Of a stretch of 64,000 bases of DNA, positions 30,030 through 39,385 are shown one piece after another. The notes beneath the pieces were generated by a model. The model was not told the origin of the DNA and ran no database searches. It worked only from the letters and a program-made list of their open reading frames with translations. Position 1 is the first letter of the stretch; the number at the start of each line of letters is the position of its first letter. The stretch is taken from IMG/VR virus record IMGVR_UViG_3300045970_000455, positions 11,866-75,865 of that record; one strand, given 5' to 3'. The stretch is from a virus. The position numbers were made by a program, and so were the translations under genes.

Positions 30030-30374
30030 TTAATCAAATATCGTTGGTAATCGTACATTACCGAACTGGTCTGTAATAGTATCTGGTGCTTTTTCAATCT
30101 GAAAAGATTTGTATGCACTATCTAATTCAGCCATCTGTTTTTCATATTTGCGAGTAATAAAGGACTCAAACTCATTATAGTTGCCAAGTCCGGCACGCTC
30201 ACCTATTATCATCTTTCTGTTAATATAGTCGCCTATAGCACTAGACATACTATAATGCTTGGGCCGCAGGTTATTAACAAACTCTAGTTTTTCATTGGTC
30301 TCCCACACAGTGTTAGACCCCTTCTTTAAACTGTGTTTATGAGATAACACAACAAATAGTTTTTCTTTACCCAT
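30030..30374 (-). CDS. Hypothetical protein
   Basis: Operon-coupled ORF. Confidence 0.65.
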   Translation of the reverse strand: MGKEKLFVVLSHKHSLKKGSNTVWETNEKLEFVNNLRPKHYSMSSAIGDYINRKMIIGERAGLGNYNEFESFITRKYEKQMAELDSAYKSFQIEKAPDTITDQFGNVRLPTIFD

Positions 30375-30375
30375 A

Positions 30376-31311
30376 TTATTCCTTCGCTATAAGTTCTAGT
30401 TCTACAAATGTTGCACTAAGGTTGATTTCTAAATCAGCACACATTGCATGTTTTACCAATCCATCTCTAATAGCAATGATTGCCGAATTTTCCTTATCTG
30501 CATTACCGTCTGCCCATATATCAAGATTTTGATACATAAACTTATACATCTCCTCATACTCATCTTGCAGCAACTGAGCACATATAAGTCTTCTTGCTTC
30601 TACATATTTCTTTGCTCTAAACAAAGCAATCATATCTATCTTATAATCTGCAACTGTTTCTGCATCCTCGTTTGGAGAAAGTAGTTTATTGTTGAATGTA
30701 TTTGCTTGAATCATACTTATACCTCTGCGAAGGTCTGGGTATGTTTTCTTTACAATAGTATCTAATGCATCTATATCGATTTCAACAGATTCTTTATCTA
30801 GTATATCTACAAGACGCAATAAGAACTCATCATTATCAAGTTTTTCAATATGCATACGACCTGTTTCACACCTAGACTTGATAGCAGGCATAATCTTATG
30901 CGGATAGTTGCATGTTAAAAGGAATCTTACAGAGTTAGAGTACTTTTCCATTGTCCCTCTTAATACACCTTGTGCAGGTGGTGATAGACCATCGGCCTCA
31001 TCAAGGAAGATGTATCTCATATCTCCGTAACCCATTGTCTCAGAGAAGTTGGTTACTTTTTCTCTGATAAAATCTACACCATTATCCCTAGATGCATTAA
31101 CTTCCATAACATCATACGGATCAATCTTCAATTCATTTAATAGAATTTTTACAAGTGTTGATTTTCCTGTGCCAGGCGCGCCAGATAATAACATATGCGG
31201 GAGGGCACCTTGTGATATCCACTGTTCGATTTGTTTTTTCTGCTTACCATCTTTGAAAACATAACCAGCAAGACCACTCGGCCTATACTTTTCTGACCAT
31301 AACTTTTTCAT
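30376..31311 (-). CDS. Clamp loader AAA+ subunit (gp44/RFC-like)
   Basis: LWSEKYRP, GAPGTGKS, EVNASRD, LDEAD, TCNY, SRC. Confidence 0.95.
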   Translation of the reverse strand: MKKLWSEKYRPSGLAGYVFKDGKQKKQIEQWISQGALPHMLLSGAPGTGKSTLVKILLNELKIDPYDVMEVNASRDNGVDFIREKVTNFSETMGYGDMRYIFLDEADGLSPPAQGVLRGTMEKYSNSVRFLLTCNYPHKIMPAIKSRCETGRMHIEKLDNDEFLLRLVDILDKESVEIDIDALDTIVKKTYPDLRRGISMIQANTFNNKLLSPNEDAETVADYKIDMIALFRAKKYVEARRLICAQLLQDEYEEMYKFMYQNLDIWADGNADKENSAIIAIRDGLVKHAMCADLEINLSATFVELELIAKE

Positions 31312-31322
31312 AATGACTCTTA

Positions 31323-31670
31323 TTAAAATGCGTGTGTAGTTGTATATTCCGAAAATGTAACAGCAGACTCCGGATCTTCATCCGAAACAAGCATAACAGA
31401 TTGTGGCCATTCTACACCCCACACCTGTGTATGATCACCCGAATCTTCTTTTATTTTTAACATTCGTGTCCATCTACCATTTTCGATTAGTATCCACTGT
31501 CCTACAGTGATTTCATCTATGCCTTCACCTACAGCATATACCTTGCCCCAGCGAGGACGAATGCCCTCGCTCTTACCGTTATCATCTGGAATAATAATTC
31601 CGTTGATAATGCGCGATCCTCTTTCTAAATCAGTTACTAGAACTTTTCCCGGCATTGCTTTGATTTTCAT
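31323..31670 (-). CDS. groES: GroES-like co-chaperonin
   Basis: KVLV...GIIIP...WGKVYAVGEG...ITVGQWIL. Confidence 0.85.
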   Translation of the reverse strand: MKIKAMPGKVLVTDLERGSRIINGIIIPDDNGKSEGIRPRWGKVYAVGEGIDEITVGQWILIENGRWTRMLKIKEDSGDHTQVWGVEWPQSVMLVSDEDPESAVTFSEYTTTHAF

Positions 31671-31818
31671 CTATGTCCCTTTCTTTTACATTGGCGATTA
31701 ATAATGCATCTTCGATTTCTTTTATTGCATCTATATTATGCACTATTTTTAGTTTTTCTACAACATTTCGGTCTATATTGTAGGTTATATTATTAATCTT
31801 ACCCGAAATGGTATCCAT
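31630..31818 (-). CDS. Small protein resembling a segment of gp23-type major capsid protein
   Basis: Starts just after the upstream stop; YNIDRNVVEKLKIVHNIDAIKEIEDAL. Confidence 0.5.
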   Translation of the reverse strand: MDTISGKINNITYNIDRNVVEKLKIVHNIDAIKEIEDALLIANVKERDIDENQSNAGKSSSN

Positions 31819-31819
31819 A

Positions 31820-32122
31820 TTAAACAACAATGTCGCCGTTGGGTAGTTCTTTTTCTTTTACCTTCTTAACAACGGTAGGTTTAACTGTTTCTACTACATC
31901 GGGGATAGGACCTTTTAGTCCTGTTGCCACTACGTCACTCTTTACAGTAGAATTGTGTTCTGTAACAACTTGGTTGATTGTTTTTGTTATTACCCCGCCG
32001 CGGGTAAGTTGATCACCTTTAGCATTAACTCTGTGATTACCTACAGCAGGTGTTTTCTCATTTTCTCGGCGCATTGAATCCATGTCAATAGTTAATCCGC
32101 GATACGTTGTATGTGATGCCAT
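31820..32122 (-). CDS. Conserved jumbo-phage hypothetical protein
   Basis: YRG..IDM......NE..PAVGN.RVNAKGDQL motif. Confidence 0.7.
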   Translation of the reverse strand: MASHTTYRGLTIDMDSMRRENEKTPAVGNHRVNAKGDQLTRGGVITKTINQVVTEHNSTVKSDVVATGLKGPIPDVVETVKPTVVKKVKEKELPNGDIVV

Positions 32123-32133
32123 TTTATTTCCTC

Positions 32134-32649
32134 TTATTTTAAAAAATCTCTTATATCAAGTTTATAACGAATACCGTCGACTCTGTGAGTTCCTATTAGA
32201 TATAATATATAAGAACTTGTCGAACTTCCTCTTCCTACGCCCCAAACAAACTTATTCTTCCTCATATAATCTATAAGGAAAATAAACAAACGTAAAAGCA
32301 TAATCAAATCACGTTCTTCAAATAATTCGTATTCTTCCTTAACCCTGTTGATTTGTTCTTGTGTAGTGCATTTATCTATTAGCCACTTAAACACGTCTAT
32401 ATTCTGAAACTCAATAGGTAATAACCATTCACTGGCCCGAATTGTATGAAACTCGTCAAACGATAATGTTTCTTCGGGTGTATCTAAGAATACAGTGTCG
32501 TGCTTTAATAATTCACTTTTATATTCATTGTATAATATAATGTCATTATCTGTAATAACATTTAAGTGACTTATATTCTTACCTTGTAATATTAACTCTC
32601 TAAGATTATCACTTGACAGTATAGCCTGCCCGTATGAATCTATTTTCAT
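32134..32649 (-). CDS. Stand-alone fragment of DNA polymerase III alpha (DnaE palm N-part)
   Basis: RVKEEY..F, WGVGRGSS.SSYILYLIG.HRVD; ends before the PDIDxD catalytic motif. Confidence 0.8.
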   Translation of the reverse strand: MKIDSYGQAILSSDNLRELILQGKNISHLNVITDNDIILYNEYKSELLKHDTVFLDTPEETLSFDEFHTIRASEWLLPIEFQNIDVFKWLIDKCTTQEQINRVKEEYELFEERDLIMLLRLFIFLIDYMRKNKFVWGVGRGSSTSSYILYLIGTHRVDGIRYKLDIRDFLK

Positions 32650-32650
32650 T

Positions 32651-33364
32651 TTAAACTTTTTTCGGTTTCCATCTTTCGACCTGCACAATTCTAGCAGGCT
32701 CCCTAGGGACAGTTGTGAATTTTTCAGATGCTTCTTTTACTGCTTTGTCGAATTCATCCATCGGATCCATAACATCTTTGAACAGCTCTTCATCGGTTAA
32801 TGTGGTATCCTCGGGTCTAACAAATTCAAAACAGAAACCATCGTTCCTTAACCACCAGGGTATCTCATCTCGTGATTTACCTTCAGTGTAATAGTCTGCT
32901 GTTTTATTTGGTAGGTTATATCCTGTTTCTGCAGGATCGAATGTATATTGAACGGACATGTCACTACCCTTTAATCTCATTTCTCCAATCAACATATTTG
33001 TTTCTGCCAATATAGATAGTTTAGAATGCAATAGTTGAATGATTACATCATCATATGGTTCGACAGGAGCATACATCATTATGTTTGACGATAGATTAGC
33101 AATATACAAATCATCCTCATTGCTTACATCTACCATTATAATATTAGGTAAGTTTGTGTCAAGCCAAAAATACAACTTCTGATAAGTCATTGTCGCTTCA
33201 TACTCACTTATGTCAGTTGATTTAGCTTTTTTGTCTATGGCAACAAGGTCAATAGACAAGTGCCAATCAACAGGAACCAATGCACTGTCTAATATTCTTA
33301 CTCCAGTAAAATCATACTCGAGTGTCATATGATTTCTAATACGGAGTTTTCCAGATGTCATCAT
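32651..33364 (-). CDS. Hypothetical protein, possibly degenerate T-fold
   Basis: Long ORF coupled to the DnaE fragment; fold guess from hydrophobic pattern only. Confidence 0.6.
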   Translation of the reverse strand: MMTSGKLRIRNHMTLEYDFTGVRILDSALVPVDWHLSIDLVAIDKKAKSTDISEYEATMTYQKLYFWLDTNLPNIIMVDVSNEDDLYIANLSSNIMMYAPVEPYDDVIIQLLHSKLSILAETNMLIGEMRLKGSDMSVQYTFDPAETGYNLPNKTADYYTEGKSRDEIPWWLRNDGFCFEFVRPEDTTLTDEELFKDVMDPMDEFDKAVKEASEKFTTVPREPARIVQVERWKPKKV

Positions 33365-33627
33365 AAAGTTTTACCTGTATTACCTTCCAGCTTACCTAAC
33401 TCAAGTGGTTGATTTGCTTTAGGGTTTTTCTTTTCTAGTTCTGCAGTTCTTATTTTTTCTAATCGCTGCACTCTCTCATCTTCGAGTGACTGAATGACTT
33501 CTTTTATACTCTGCACTGTGGGATTATGCCCCATCATTGTTTGGTGGTTCATATATGTATATGCTCGACCTAATCTCTCTAATATAACTTCGTCTGATAA
33601 CTTGCTAACGTCTAAGAATGGATGCAT
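33361..33627 (-). CDS. Hypothetical coiled-coil protein (late)
   Basis: MHPFLDVSKLSD; CATAAATA at 33650-33657. Confidence 0.65.
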   Translation of the reverse strand: MHPFLDVSKLSDEVILERLGRAYTYMNHQTMMGHNPTVQSIKEVIQSLEDERVQRLEKIRTAELEKKNPKANQPLELGKLEGNTGKTL

Positions 33628-33679
33628 ATAACCTCTTGTGATACTCTTATATTTATGCGTAAATATATTGTTAGTATAA

Positions 33680-34096
33680 CTATTCCGATACCTCTGTATA
33701 TTCCTGTATTGTGAATTTTACATTGGTAGGCCACATATATACATGCCGTGCTGTTTCTCCTACCGTTAACCTAAACTGTAATGCATCCATTTCTTCCTTA
33801 AACACCCAATATGATCTATAAATCATTTGTTCTGTGCTGAAATTAAGCGTATATTGCTGGGCGAATGGCGGGATAATCAGCGCAGGCCGAGACTCTTCCG
33901 GTATAGTTATATTTTCTATCTCCGGTGAACTATATCCCCATGTATTGGTTGTACATGTTTTAGCAATCTTTAATATTTTTCTAAATTCTATGATGTCTAT
34001 ATTGAATGACCCCGCAGGGGTGTTGTGATCCAACCTAACTACATACGGATTAGTTATAAACAACGGTACATTAATGTGAAATTTCTTTACAATCAT
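33680..34096 (-). CDS. Hypothetical, F-x4-DA-x2-F-x-L family
   Basis: WVFKEEMDALQFRL. Confidence 0.65.
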   Translation of the reverse strand: MIVKKFHINVPLFITNPYVVRLDHNTPAGSFNIDIIEFRKILKIAKTCTTNTWGYSSPEIENITIPEESRPALIIPPFAQQYTLNFSTEQMIYRSYWVFKEEMDALQFRLTVGETARHVYMWPTNVKFTIQEYTEVSE

Positions 34097-34335
34097 ACAT
34101 ATTCATGATTTAATCTATAAAAGTTCGTCACATCAGATTTTTCAGAGAAACGAATAACAACATACTGACCCATATCGAGTTCAGCGTACAATCCTTTTAT
34201 AGACTTGAAACTTTTCTGAATCTCATCTATTCTGCGATAAAATACAGCAGGGTGTAACTTAACGGAATTCCACCCAGCAGTATAGCTATCAACTGAAATC
34301 GGATCGCCTACGATACACTTTCCTTCTTGCTTCAT
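34093..34335 (-). CDS. Hypothetical, divergent member of same family
   Basis: IRFSEKSDVTNFYRL. Confidence 0.6.
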   Translation of the reverse strand: MKQEGKCIVGDPISVDSYTAGWNSVKLHPAVFYRRIDEIQKSFKSIKGLYAELDMGQYVVIRFSEKSDVTNFYRLNHEYV

Positions 34336-34584
34336 TTACTTCTCCAATGGTATAACTGAGTCTGCCGGTACGAGTTTCTTTAAATATTCCATCGATACAC
34401 CCCTGCGCGTCCCTTCCACAGACACCCTATACTCATTTCTGAAATGATTCCAAAAGTTTGGCGGATACTTTTTTAATGGTCGTAGAATACCCGATACCTT
34501 AAGAGTATAGAGTTTCTTTTCCTTTAAGTGCCAGAAATATCCTGAATATTTAGTTGCGACAAAATCACTTGGTAGAGTTACCAC
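34336..34584 (-). CDS. Hypothetical protein
   Basis: YSGYFW....KLY.LKVSG.LRPL; operon-coupled. Confidence 0.65.
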   Translation of the reverse strand: MVTLPSDFVATKYSGYFWHLKEKKLYTLKVSGILRPLKKYPPNFWNHFRNEYRVSVEGTRRGVSMEYLKKLVPADSVIPLEK

Positions 34585-34864
34585 ATCTATTCTCCATAAC
34601 AGTTGACCATTTATCTATAATAGACTGACCTAGTTCTTTCACGTCAGTCGGAATAGGATACTCCGTTAACGCGCTTATATGCTGTAACATCGATAATGTA
34701 TATTCTTTTCCCGATGTTGTCTTTATGGTAAATCGAAGATCACCTTTTAATCTATCAATGACAGCATCCTCGTCGGCGCGAGCGCTAAGATCGATGCTCT
34801 CTATAAATGGCAACCCTATAAGTGTGCCATTAGATATAACAAATGCCGGTGTGTAAGCTGCCAT
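34565..34864 (-). CDS. Hypothetical protein
   Basis: Operon-coupled ORF. Confidence 0.6.
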   Translation of the reverse strand: MAAYTPAFVISNGTLIGLPFIESIDLSARADEDAVIDRLKGDLRFTIKTTSGKEYTLSMLQHISALTEYPIPTDVKELGQSIIDKWSTVMENRCGNSTK

Positions 34865-35130
34865 TAAATCAGTGTAAGATACAGAGTGGATGTAGGATCA
34901 AACTCTTCCTTAAAAATATAGATCTTAGGATTCACAGTTTTACCTGTGTTCAGGGTCTTCAGTATTCTGCCTTGCATTGTCCAGCATTCACTGCCCTTAC
35001 CTACATTTTCATTTAACCAGTTAACAATCTTATAAAAGTGTTCACGATCCCGAATGGTTACTGAAAAGGAATGAAGTGCATTCTGTTCCTTAAAATTCTT
35101 CGGTTCTTCCTTTTTGATTTGTTTAGCCAT
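34864..35130 (-). CDS. Hypothetical, related small family
   Basis: WLNENVGKG...W; sigma70 promoter upstream. Confidence 0.65.
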   Translation of the reverse strand: MAKQIKKEEPKNFKEQNALHSFSVTIRDREHFYKIVNWLNENVGKGSECWTMQGRILKTLNTGKTVNPKIYIFKEEFDPTSTLYLTLI

Positions 35131-35156
35131 GTTTCGCTTTCTGTTATTAAGTGTTT

Positions 35157-35185
35157 ATTTTACTATATTTTTGTAATATTGTCAA
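35157..35185 (-). promoter_or_regulatory. Sigma70-type promoter
   Basis: TTGACA-17-TAAAAT. Confidence 0.75.
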
Positions 35186-35643
35186 CAAGGTGTTGATAAA
35201 TCTAACTCGATTAATTCTACCCCAGCCTCTATTGCATAATCTCGCACCTTATTAAACGAGTCACCCCATCGAACCAGTTGTGCTTCGGTAGGCATCGGTG
35301 CTACAAATCTAATGATGCCTGCCTGTAGCATATGAACAAAACATCGATCACAGGAAATAAATGGATATGTGTAAAGAGTTGTGTTATTCAAATCTTCTTT
35401 CGCAAATAATAATGCATTCATTTCGCAATGCACAATTCTACTATATTTTTCTGCCCTGTTATTATAGTTTTCTGCTAGATCAGGCATTGCCCCCGGAAAA
35501 CCGTTAAATCCAGTTGATATCATTCTCTTGCCAGAAGTAATAACTGCGCCGGTCTGTGTGCTAGGATCTTTAGACCATGTTGATATTAACTTTGCCATCT
35601 CCAGGAACCTTAGGTCCCATTTTAGTTGATCTTGTTGATTCAT
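35182..35643 (-). CDS. dCMP deaminase
   Basis: WSKDPSTQTGAVI, STGFNG, HCEMNAL, SCDRC. Confidence 0.92.
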   Translation of the reverse strand: MNQQDQLKWDLRFLEMAKLISTWSKDPSTQTGAVITSGKRMISTGFNGFPGAMPDLAENYNNRAEKYSRIVHCEMNALLFAKEDLNNTTLYTYPFISCDRCFVHMLQAGIIRFVAPMPTEAQLVRWGDSFNKVRDYAIEAGVELIELDLSTPC

Positions 35644-35957
35644 CTCGACAGTCTCTCCCTAACAAGGATATTGGCAAGTTCATCACCGAAGTTATCTTCG
35701 TTTGATATAATATACAATGCGGTAAGTCTTCTATCTAACAGTTGATCGTATTGCACCATTTGCACAATGTGACCACCACCTTTGGCATTGTATAATGTAA
35801 AATTCATACCAGACGAATCTTCTAGCCCAATCGTATTACTACCCAGATTAATGCCTGTGCTTGCCATTTTGCCTTTGTAGTTATCGCTTACAGCGACACA
35901 TTCTTCACGCATTGCCCAGCTAATAAATCTTCTACTTAATCTTCTAATCATGCTCAT
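35640..35957 (-). CDS. Conserved phage hypothetical protein
   Basis: MNFTLYNAKGG...YD...DR....LYII. Confidence 0.65.
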   Translation of the reverse strand: MSMIRRLSRRFISWAMREECVAVSDNYKGKMASTGINLGSNTIGLEDSSGMNFTLYNAKGGGHIVQMVQYDQLLDRRLTALYIISNEDNFGDELANILVRERLSR

Positions 35958-36195
35958 TCTTATAGTTCCATTTTAATTTAAATGCTACTGCATCCATCTC
36001 TTGTCTAAATGAATATTGTAATGTATTCATGTCCTTAATAAAACAATACCAGTCTTCTGTAAACTTACCCACGCAACTGTTACACCAGTCATCCACAGGG
36101 TGATTATACCTGCCCGGAGTCATCGACATATCGTTACTCGCTGGCCTCCCTGTCATAACGCTATAAGGCCATATTCTTTTATTTAATACTCTCAT
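35944..36195 (-). CDS. Hypothetical, F-x4-DA-x2-F-x-L-x-W family
   Basis: WC...VG....W, YSFRQEMDAVAFKLKW. Confidence 0.7.
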   Translation of the reverse strand: MRVLNKRIWPYSVMTGRPASNDMSMTPGRYNHPVDDWCNSCVGKFTEDWYCFIKDMNTLQYSFRQEMDAVAFKLKWNYKNEHD

Positions 36196-36196
36196 T

Positions 36197-36418
36197 TTAC
36201 GACCAAACTAACTTAAATGCAACGGCATCCTCTGGATTTCTAAAATAGAAGAATGTATTACCAAATGCACCATCCATACACCAAATCATATTATCGGCAA
36301 TGTCATCATTATAATGCCATCCACCTTTACCGATACGTTCCTCACACCAATGCTGCATCTCTGTATGGAGATGATACTTTTCTTTTCCGAATGTTATTTT
36401 ATGCGTTAGCTTGGCCAT
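36197..36418 (-). CDS. Hypothetical, F-x4-DA-x2-F-x-L-x-W family
   Basis: WCEERIG.G.W, FYFRNPEDAVAFKLVW. Confidence 0.7.
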   Translation of the reverse strand: MAKLTHKITFGKEKYHLHTEMQHWCEERIGKGGWHYNDDIADNMIWCMDGAFGNTFFYFRNPEDAVAFKLVWS

Positions 36419-36816
36419 TTTAGTTCAAATAGTATAGCAGATTCTTCTTTATTAAAATCTATAGCTAGTTTATTACCATCGACAGAATGTATTCTCCAAT
36501 CCCAGTCGGTTCCTTGCACTCCTACATTTTCTTCTAACCAAGGCCTATATTTTATGTTTGGCTCGTCGTCAAGCGCCTTCATAAATGGTCTGATAGAAGT
36601 ATGTAATATGTTCATAGTGGTAACCATTCTAGGATAATTCATGTATAATATATATTTGGCATTGTCCCTAAACTTAAACTTGAATATATTATAATATGGA
36701 TGAATGCCCGATGATAAGTTAGATAAAGGTTGTATACTAATGATTTTATCTGCTATCAATGTAGGGTTAACTGTCCTAATCACAGGCATTATTATCTTCT
36801 TAAAATCAAATGTCAC
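36406..36816 (-). CDS. Fusion of a capsid-protein Gol-like peptide to the small family domain
   Basis: IIMPVIRTVNPTLIADKIISIQPL at the N-terminus; WLEENVG.QG.DW and IDFNKEESAILFELKW at the C-terminus; GTGA overlap. Confidence 0.7.
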   Translation of the reverse strand: MTFDFKKIIMPVIRTVNPTLIADKIISIQPLSNLSSGIHPYYNIFKFKFRDNAKYILYMNYPRMVTTMNILHTSIRPFMKALDDEPNIKYRPWLEENVGVQGTDWDWRIHSVDGNKLAIDFNKEESAILFELKWPS

Positions 36817-37712
36817 AATAATTTACTCCATATAGTTGTATAAAGTGATGTCATTTCTTTGCCTATACATTCTTTTTCAATATCTCTTTCATAACTTTCC
36901 TTTATTGTTGTATTATTTGTTTTCCACGGATACGCTTTTTTATCTCCCCTTAATTTTACATCTTCTTCTGTATAATGAAACGGTCCGTGATATTCTAATA
37001 TTTCTACGATGTTTTCTTTATCACCCCTGTGGCCATCCTTAAATACCACTAAATCATATAACACCCATCTTCCATTTCTATATATTCCCCATTCGTGCAA
37101 CCCTATATCATAGTCGGCATATGCACATTGCGACACAGTATAACCTTTCTGAAGTATATATTTCCTAATATATAATGTAGCTTCCTTGCTTGAGTTAGAT
37201 TTGTCAAATCCGCCTCTTGCAATTTTAGTAGCAATTACCTTCTCTGATACAGACTTATTTTGCATAGGACTGCTATAACCATATTTTTCTATATTTGTGG
37301 CTCTTCGTTGCATTTTAACAGAGTCGGCCTGGGCGCCACAAGCTATACCATAATTTTTAAAGCTGGTTTCTTTTTTCTGCATTTTTATCGAATCTACTTT
37401 TGATGGATTATCGACTCCATACAATTCGATAAATTTATCTTTTATTTTATTTTTTATAATATCAGATGATGCGGGATTGGTGGTCCCGTATCTTTCTAAA
37501 CTTGTAAGTTTAGCATTCTCTTTACCGCATTTACAACATCCTATACCTGCTCTATGATCATTTGCGAATTGTGAGAATTCCCCATGAATAGGACAAATAA
37601 TTATTATCTTCCTACCTGAACCTGTATATACTACCTTAGAATAATCATAGTATAATGCACCATCTGGTCTGGTTAACTTAATTTTATCAATATATTGTTC
37701 TGTTGTAATCAT
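36813..37712 (-). mobile_element. Free-standing putative homing endonuclease (Zn module, ExYGxxNP repeats, PD-(D/E)XK-like C-domain)
   Basis: YDYSKVVY..ICPIHGEF, four E(R/K)YG-type repeats, YDLV...LEYHGPFHY; GATAAATA at 37728-37735. Confidence 0.7.
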
Positions 37713-37765
37713 ACTATCTCCTTAATATATTTATCGTAGATTAAGGAAATAAGCGATATATTTGA

Positions 37766-38209
37766 TTAGATATCGCCGGGTTCGCGATTTTCAGATCTTG
37801 TTATAGAAAACTTTCCGCCAGGGTATCTATTTTCCAATTTAGATACATTATCGGCAATAACCTGATTAGGGTCTACACCCAACGAGCGGCACGCATTTGT
37901 CCAATAAAATACAATGTCACCTAATTCCTTCACTAAATGTGCGTGAACTTCTGGAGTAAGTGTTTTTCCGTGGAATACAAGCTTCTTAACAATTTCGCTG
38001 TATTCACCTGCTTCGCCACACATACCCATTGCACCTACTATTAATAATGGCACATTAACATCTGGGCCGTGTTGATGTACACCGTCCACTACTTCGAAGT
38101 TAGCATCCAGACGATCCAAACCATCCACGAAGGTTGTTAAATCTTCACTTGCCTTGCTTGTTACGCCTTCTACGAATTCCGAGTATTTGTTTAAGTCTAT
38201 CTTATCCAT
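37766..38209 (-). CDS. mazG: MazG-like NTP pyrophosphohydrolase
   Basis: GMCGEAGEYSEIVKK, KELGDI, NVSKLENRYP. Confidence 0.9.
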   Translation of the reverse strand: MDKIDLNKYSEFVEGVTSKASEDLTTFVDGLDRLDANFEVVDGVHQHGPDVNVPLLIVGAMGMCGEAGEYSEIVKKLVFHGKTLTPEVHAHLVKELGDIVFYWTNACRSLGVDPNQVIADNVSKLENRYPGGKFSITRSENREPGDI

Positions 38210-38219
38210 TTTCTTCCTT

Positions 38220-39383
38220 TTAAATATATGTTTCTTTTCTAACGTGTTTTACTATCTTATAGAACTTTGTAAACGAGTCTATGGTTTTATATGCATTATG
38301 TACTCTAAGATTTATAGGTAAACCTTTGTTTGGGTGTGGCATTAGTTCTATGCTATTATCTGTTATCAGTTTAAGTTCTCTTACAGCGAACTCGCCTACT
38401 GCAGGTGGCGATGCTAGGGCTCCCCACCACGAGTTATCTAATACATACTTTATTCCTAGATTATTTTCTAGTATGAGTACACCGGGATCTACCATTGCTC
38501 CTGTTGCTGCACGTCCTAGTAATCCATATGCTTCATCTTTTGATATTTCTACCAGTGTTATTGATGGTTTCGGCACAGGGTGTTTTGACACAAATCTCAT
38601 ATTCTTTGTATAGTTAGTAAATGGTGAGTACGATGTATCAGAAAATATACAACCACTTACTTTTAAATGTTCATTTATCCTTTTTATTGATTCTTCTTGT
38701 GTTATTACCGATTCTGCTTTTTTTATTATAGATAAGATTTTTGCATCTTTATTATAAAAATATGATGACGGTATATCTGTCCTTTTTATAACCTGTTTTT
38801 TTACAGAGGAATGCACCTTAAGAGTTCCGCCAAATATGGAACTTGTCAGCGTGCCATATAGCGACATTACACCGCAGTACTCTCCCGTTATGCCATGCTG
38901 TAATAATACAGTATCACCGATAGATACGTCCGATAGTTGCACCTTATTATCGATTAACTTAGTGTTATCCAATATTTTTGCATATCGGCTATCGGTTATA
39001 GGCACAAGTTCCATTTCGGTCGACGAATCATTTCTTATCCATACACATTCTTCTTGTATGAGATTGTTAGAAATAGCCGAACACCTCAAAATATTTTCTA
39101 GATTTAATAAATCAATACGACATGCATATCCGCGGGGATCAACAACCCTCCATGTCGGTGCAGCGTGTGAACTAACACTCCGAGACATATCGAATAGTGA
39201 GAACCCGGGCATAGGCACGTTGTCGAATGTTGTTACAAGTTTATTATCTACAGCAAGTTTTTCAAGCTTCTTCTTTTCGTTTACTGAATCACCAACAGGT
39301 AACACTGTTGTTATACTTAGTTTATTACCGTAGCTAAGGTCAGCGTCGTGCCCTATACATATCTTTTCAGGTATATTAATCAT
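38220..39383 (-). CDS. Conserved phage hypothetical protein
   Basis: FDNVPMPGF, WRVVDPRGY, IQEECVW. Confidence 0.7.
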   Translation of the reverse strand: MINIPEKICIGHDADLSYGNKLSITTVLPVGDSVNEKKKLEKLAVDNKLVTTFDNVPMPGFSLFDMSRSVSSHAAPTWRVVDPRGYACRIDLLNLENILRCSAISNNLIQEECVWIRNDSSTEMELVPITDSRYAKILDNTKLIDNKVQLSDVSIGDTVLLQHGITGEYCGVMSLYGTLTSSIFGGTLKVHSSVKKQVIKRTDIPSSYFYNKDAKILSIIKKAESVITQEESIKRINEHLKVSGCIFSDTSYSPFTNYTKNMRFVSKHPVPKPSITLVEISKDEAYGLLGRAATGAMVDPGVLILENNLGIKYVLDNSWWGALASPPAVGEFAVRELKLITDNSIELMPHPNKGLPINLRVHNAYKTIDSFTKFYKIVKHVRKETYI

Positions 39384-39385
39384 TA

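Noticed and set aside
32134-32649. DnaE fragment as a pseudogene
   Set aside because: It has a clean start and stop, tight coupling to neighbours and no adjacent decayed remainder; kept as a CDS.
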